Positions 62,020 to 64,000 of a stretch of 64,000 nt of DNA are shown here, one piece after another. Under the pieces are notes generated by a model. The model had not been told where the DNA came from, did not search any database, and was given only the letters and a program-made list of their open reading frames with translations. The DNA comes from Marsupella aquatica. Its lineage: Eukaryota > Plantae > Marchantiophyta. The stretch is taken from contig OZ316897.1 in the NCBI GenBank assembly GCA_973895155.1, forward strand, positions 19,106,168-19,170,167, in the 5' to 3' direction. The stretch's first letter is position 1. Each line of letters starts with the position of its first letter. The position numbers and the translations under genes are program-made.

Positions 62020-64000
62020 TAAGTCGTACAACTTGGGAGTGTTTTGCCCAAAGTTGAGTGATGCCCTTCCATGATGCAGAATGTGCGTGTTAAAAAGTGT
62101 TGTGGAAGCCAACTGGCATAACTAGTGGCCGAGGGTTGTCAAATACCCCATTCCGCACCATGTGGAGTGGGTAGCATCCCTAATGGCCGGCTACAATCAC
62201 GGATATTGCAAATTAGCCCCCGAAACTCCCAACGGGTCATATTGTCCATGGCATGCTTGACTGCCGCATTGACATCATGAATGACTTGTTTTTGTGTCAT
62301 ACGCAGGAATGACGTATCCTATGACTCTATAAATGACGAAAATATTCAGTCACTTGTATAAATGATGCAAAATCCCTTGCAAATGACAAAATATGAGTGG
62401 TTTGCACCCCTTTGGGCAAATGACTTGAAAGTCGTACAACTTGGGAGTGTTTTGCCCAAAGTTGGGTGATGCCCTATCATTGTGCAAAAGTTTGGTCATA
62501 AAACTATTGCTTTGCCAATTAGTGATAACTAGTGGCCCAGGATTGAGGGGCACCCTATCCCACACCATGTGGAGTGGGTAGCATGCTCAATGGCGGGCCC
62601 CTATCACCAACAATGGCCGATCAGCGGCCTGAGTTCCAGAAGAGTCATATTGTCCATGGCATGCATGACTGCTACATTGACATGAACAATGACTCGTTTC
62701 CGTGTCATTTGAATAAATGACATATCCTAGCACTCATAAAATGACCAACACAATGACTCACAGGCACAATTGACTGAAAATGGCTTGGGAATGACCATAT
62801 GGGAGTGATTTGGACCCCTTTGGACAAATGACTCCAAAGTCATACAACTTGGGAGTGTTTTGCCCAAAGTTGGGCCATGCCCTTCCATGATGCAAAATGT
62901 GTGTGTTAAAAAGTGTTGTGGAGGCCAAGTGGCATAACTAGTGGCCCAGGGTTGGTGAGTACCCTGTCGCACACCATGTGGAGTGGGTAGGATCCCTAAT
63001 GGTGGGCTACAATCATGGATATGGCCAGTCAACCCCCGGAGGCCCCAAAGAGTCATATTGTCCATGGTATGCAGGACTGCACTATTGACATCATGAATGA
63101 CCCCTATTTGTGTCATTTGCTCATATGACATCCCCTGGCACTGCATAAATGACAAAAACTTTTAGTCAATCGCACAAATGACTCTATATCCCTTGCAAAT
63201 GACAAAATGCGAGTGGTTTGCACCCCTTTGGGCAAATGACTCCAAAGTCATACAACTTGGGAGTGTTTTGCCCAAAGTTGGGCCATGCCCTTCCATGATG
63301 CAAAATGTGTGTGTTAAAAAGTGTTGTGGAGGCCAAGTAGCATAACTAGTGGCCCAAGGTTGGTGAGTACCCTGTGGCACACCATGTGGAGTAGGTAGCA
63401 TCCCTAATGGTGGGCTACAATCATGGATATGGCCAGTCGACCCCCGGAGGCCCCAAAGAGTCATATTGTCCATGGCATGCATGACTGCAACAATGACATC
63501 ATCAATGACTTATTTTTGTGTCATTTGCTTAAATGACACCCCTCGGCACTCCACAAATGACAAAAACCTTTACTCACGCACAAATGACTCAAGATCCCTT
63601 GCAAATGACCAAATTAGAATGATTTGCACCCCTTTGGGCAAATGACTCCAAAGTCATACAACTTGGGAGTGTTTTGCCCAAAGTTGGGTGATGCCCTTCC
63701 GCGATGTAAAATGTGTGTTTAAAAAAGTGTTGTGGAGGCCAAGTGGCATAACTAGTGGCTCAGGGTGTACAAGTACTCCATCCCGCACCATGTGGAGTGG
63801 GTAGCATCCCTAATGGCCGGCTACGATCGCGTATATTGCGAATAAGCCCCCAAAGGCCCCAAGGAGTCATATTGTCCATGGCATGCTTGACTGCCACATT
63901 GACATCATCAATGACTTATTTTTGTGTCATTTGCTTAAATGACACCCCTCGGCACTCCACAAATGACAAAAACCTTTACTCACACGCACAAATGACTCAA
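62020..64000. repeat. ~408-bp tandem repeat (about 5 units, continues off the window)
   Basis: The anchor GTC(A/G)TACAACTTGGGAGTGTTTTGCCC recurs at 62023, 62431, 62839, 63247 and 63653. Rich in ATGAC/GTCAT. Confidence 0.95.

Larger units (their letters stand above)
46987..64000 (-). mobile_element. CACTA-3 (CACTAGTG type), large, right end beyond the window
   Basis: Starts CACTAGTGGAAAA (expected TSD TTA). ATGAC/GTCAT subterminal motifs at 47000-47670 and again at 61900-64000. Has its own Tnp2 and TnpA genes. Confidence 0.8.

Noticed and set aside
62350-63482. Repeated minus-strand ORFs in the 408-bp array
   Set aside because: Frames are not kept across all units and no domain is recognisable. 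Treated as non-coding satellite.

Overview
Intron-containing eukaryotic DNA, most likely from a land plant (non-seed plant is a guess), made almost entirely of nested transposons. No clear host gene, RNA gene or CRISPR array was found. Structurally resolved elements: CACTA-1 (5043-14725, TSD AAC); its relative CACTA-2 (from 41537); CACTA-3 inserted in CACTA-2 (from 46987, runs off the window); a non-autonomous CACTA-4 inside CACTA-3 (48147-49781, TSD CTC); a very young Bianca-like Ty1/copia element (32947-39314, identical 135-bp LTRs, TSD TTATC); a solo LTR (18228-19274, TSD ACGG); and a MITE. The most interesting part is the cargo, which looks like a chromatin/DNA-modification toolkit. (1) Two highly diverged copies of an unclassified locus encode a ParB/Srx-like domain followed by a bacterial-type (beta-class N6/N4) DNA methyltransferase fold and a downstream NIF/FCP1-like domain. 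One copy also has a Ulp1 protease; the other carries dispersed 25-bp palindromes. (2) CACTA-1 and CACTA-2 both carry a SET-domain exon that can be spliced as an alternative to the transposase exon. (3) CACTA-3 carries an EDM2/NSD-type PHD cluster. (4) A pair of ~70-aa ORFs at the end of an LTR is conserved in three copies, and one ORF begins with an EAR-type DLNxxP motif. All domain calls are by eye from motifs; no searches were run.
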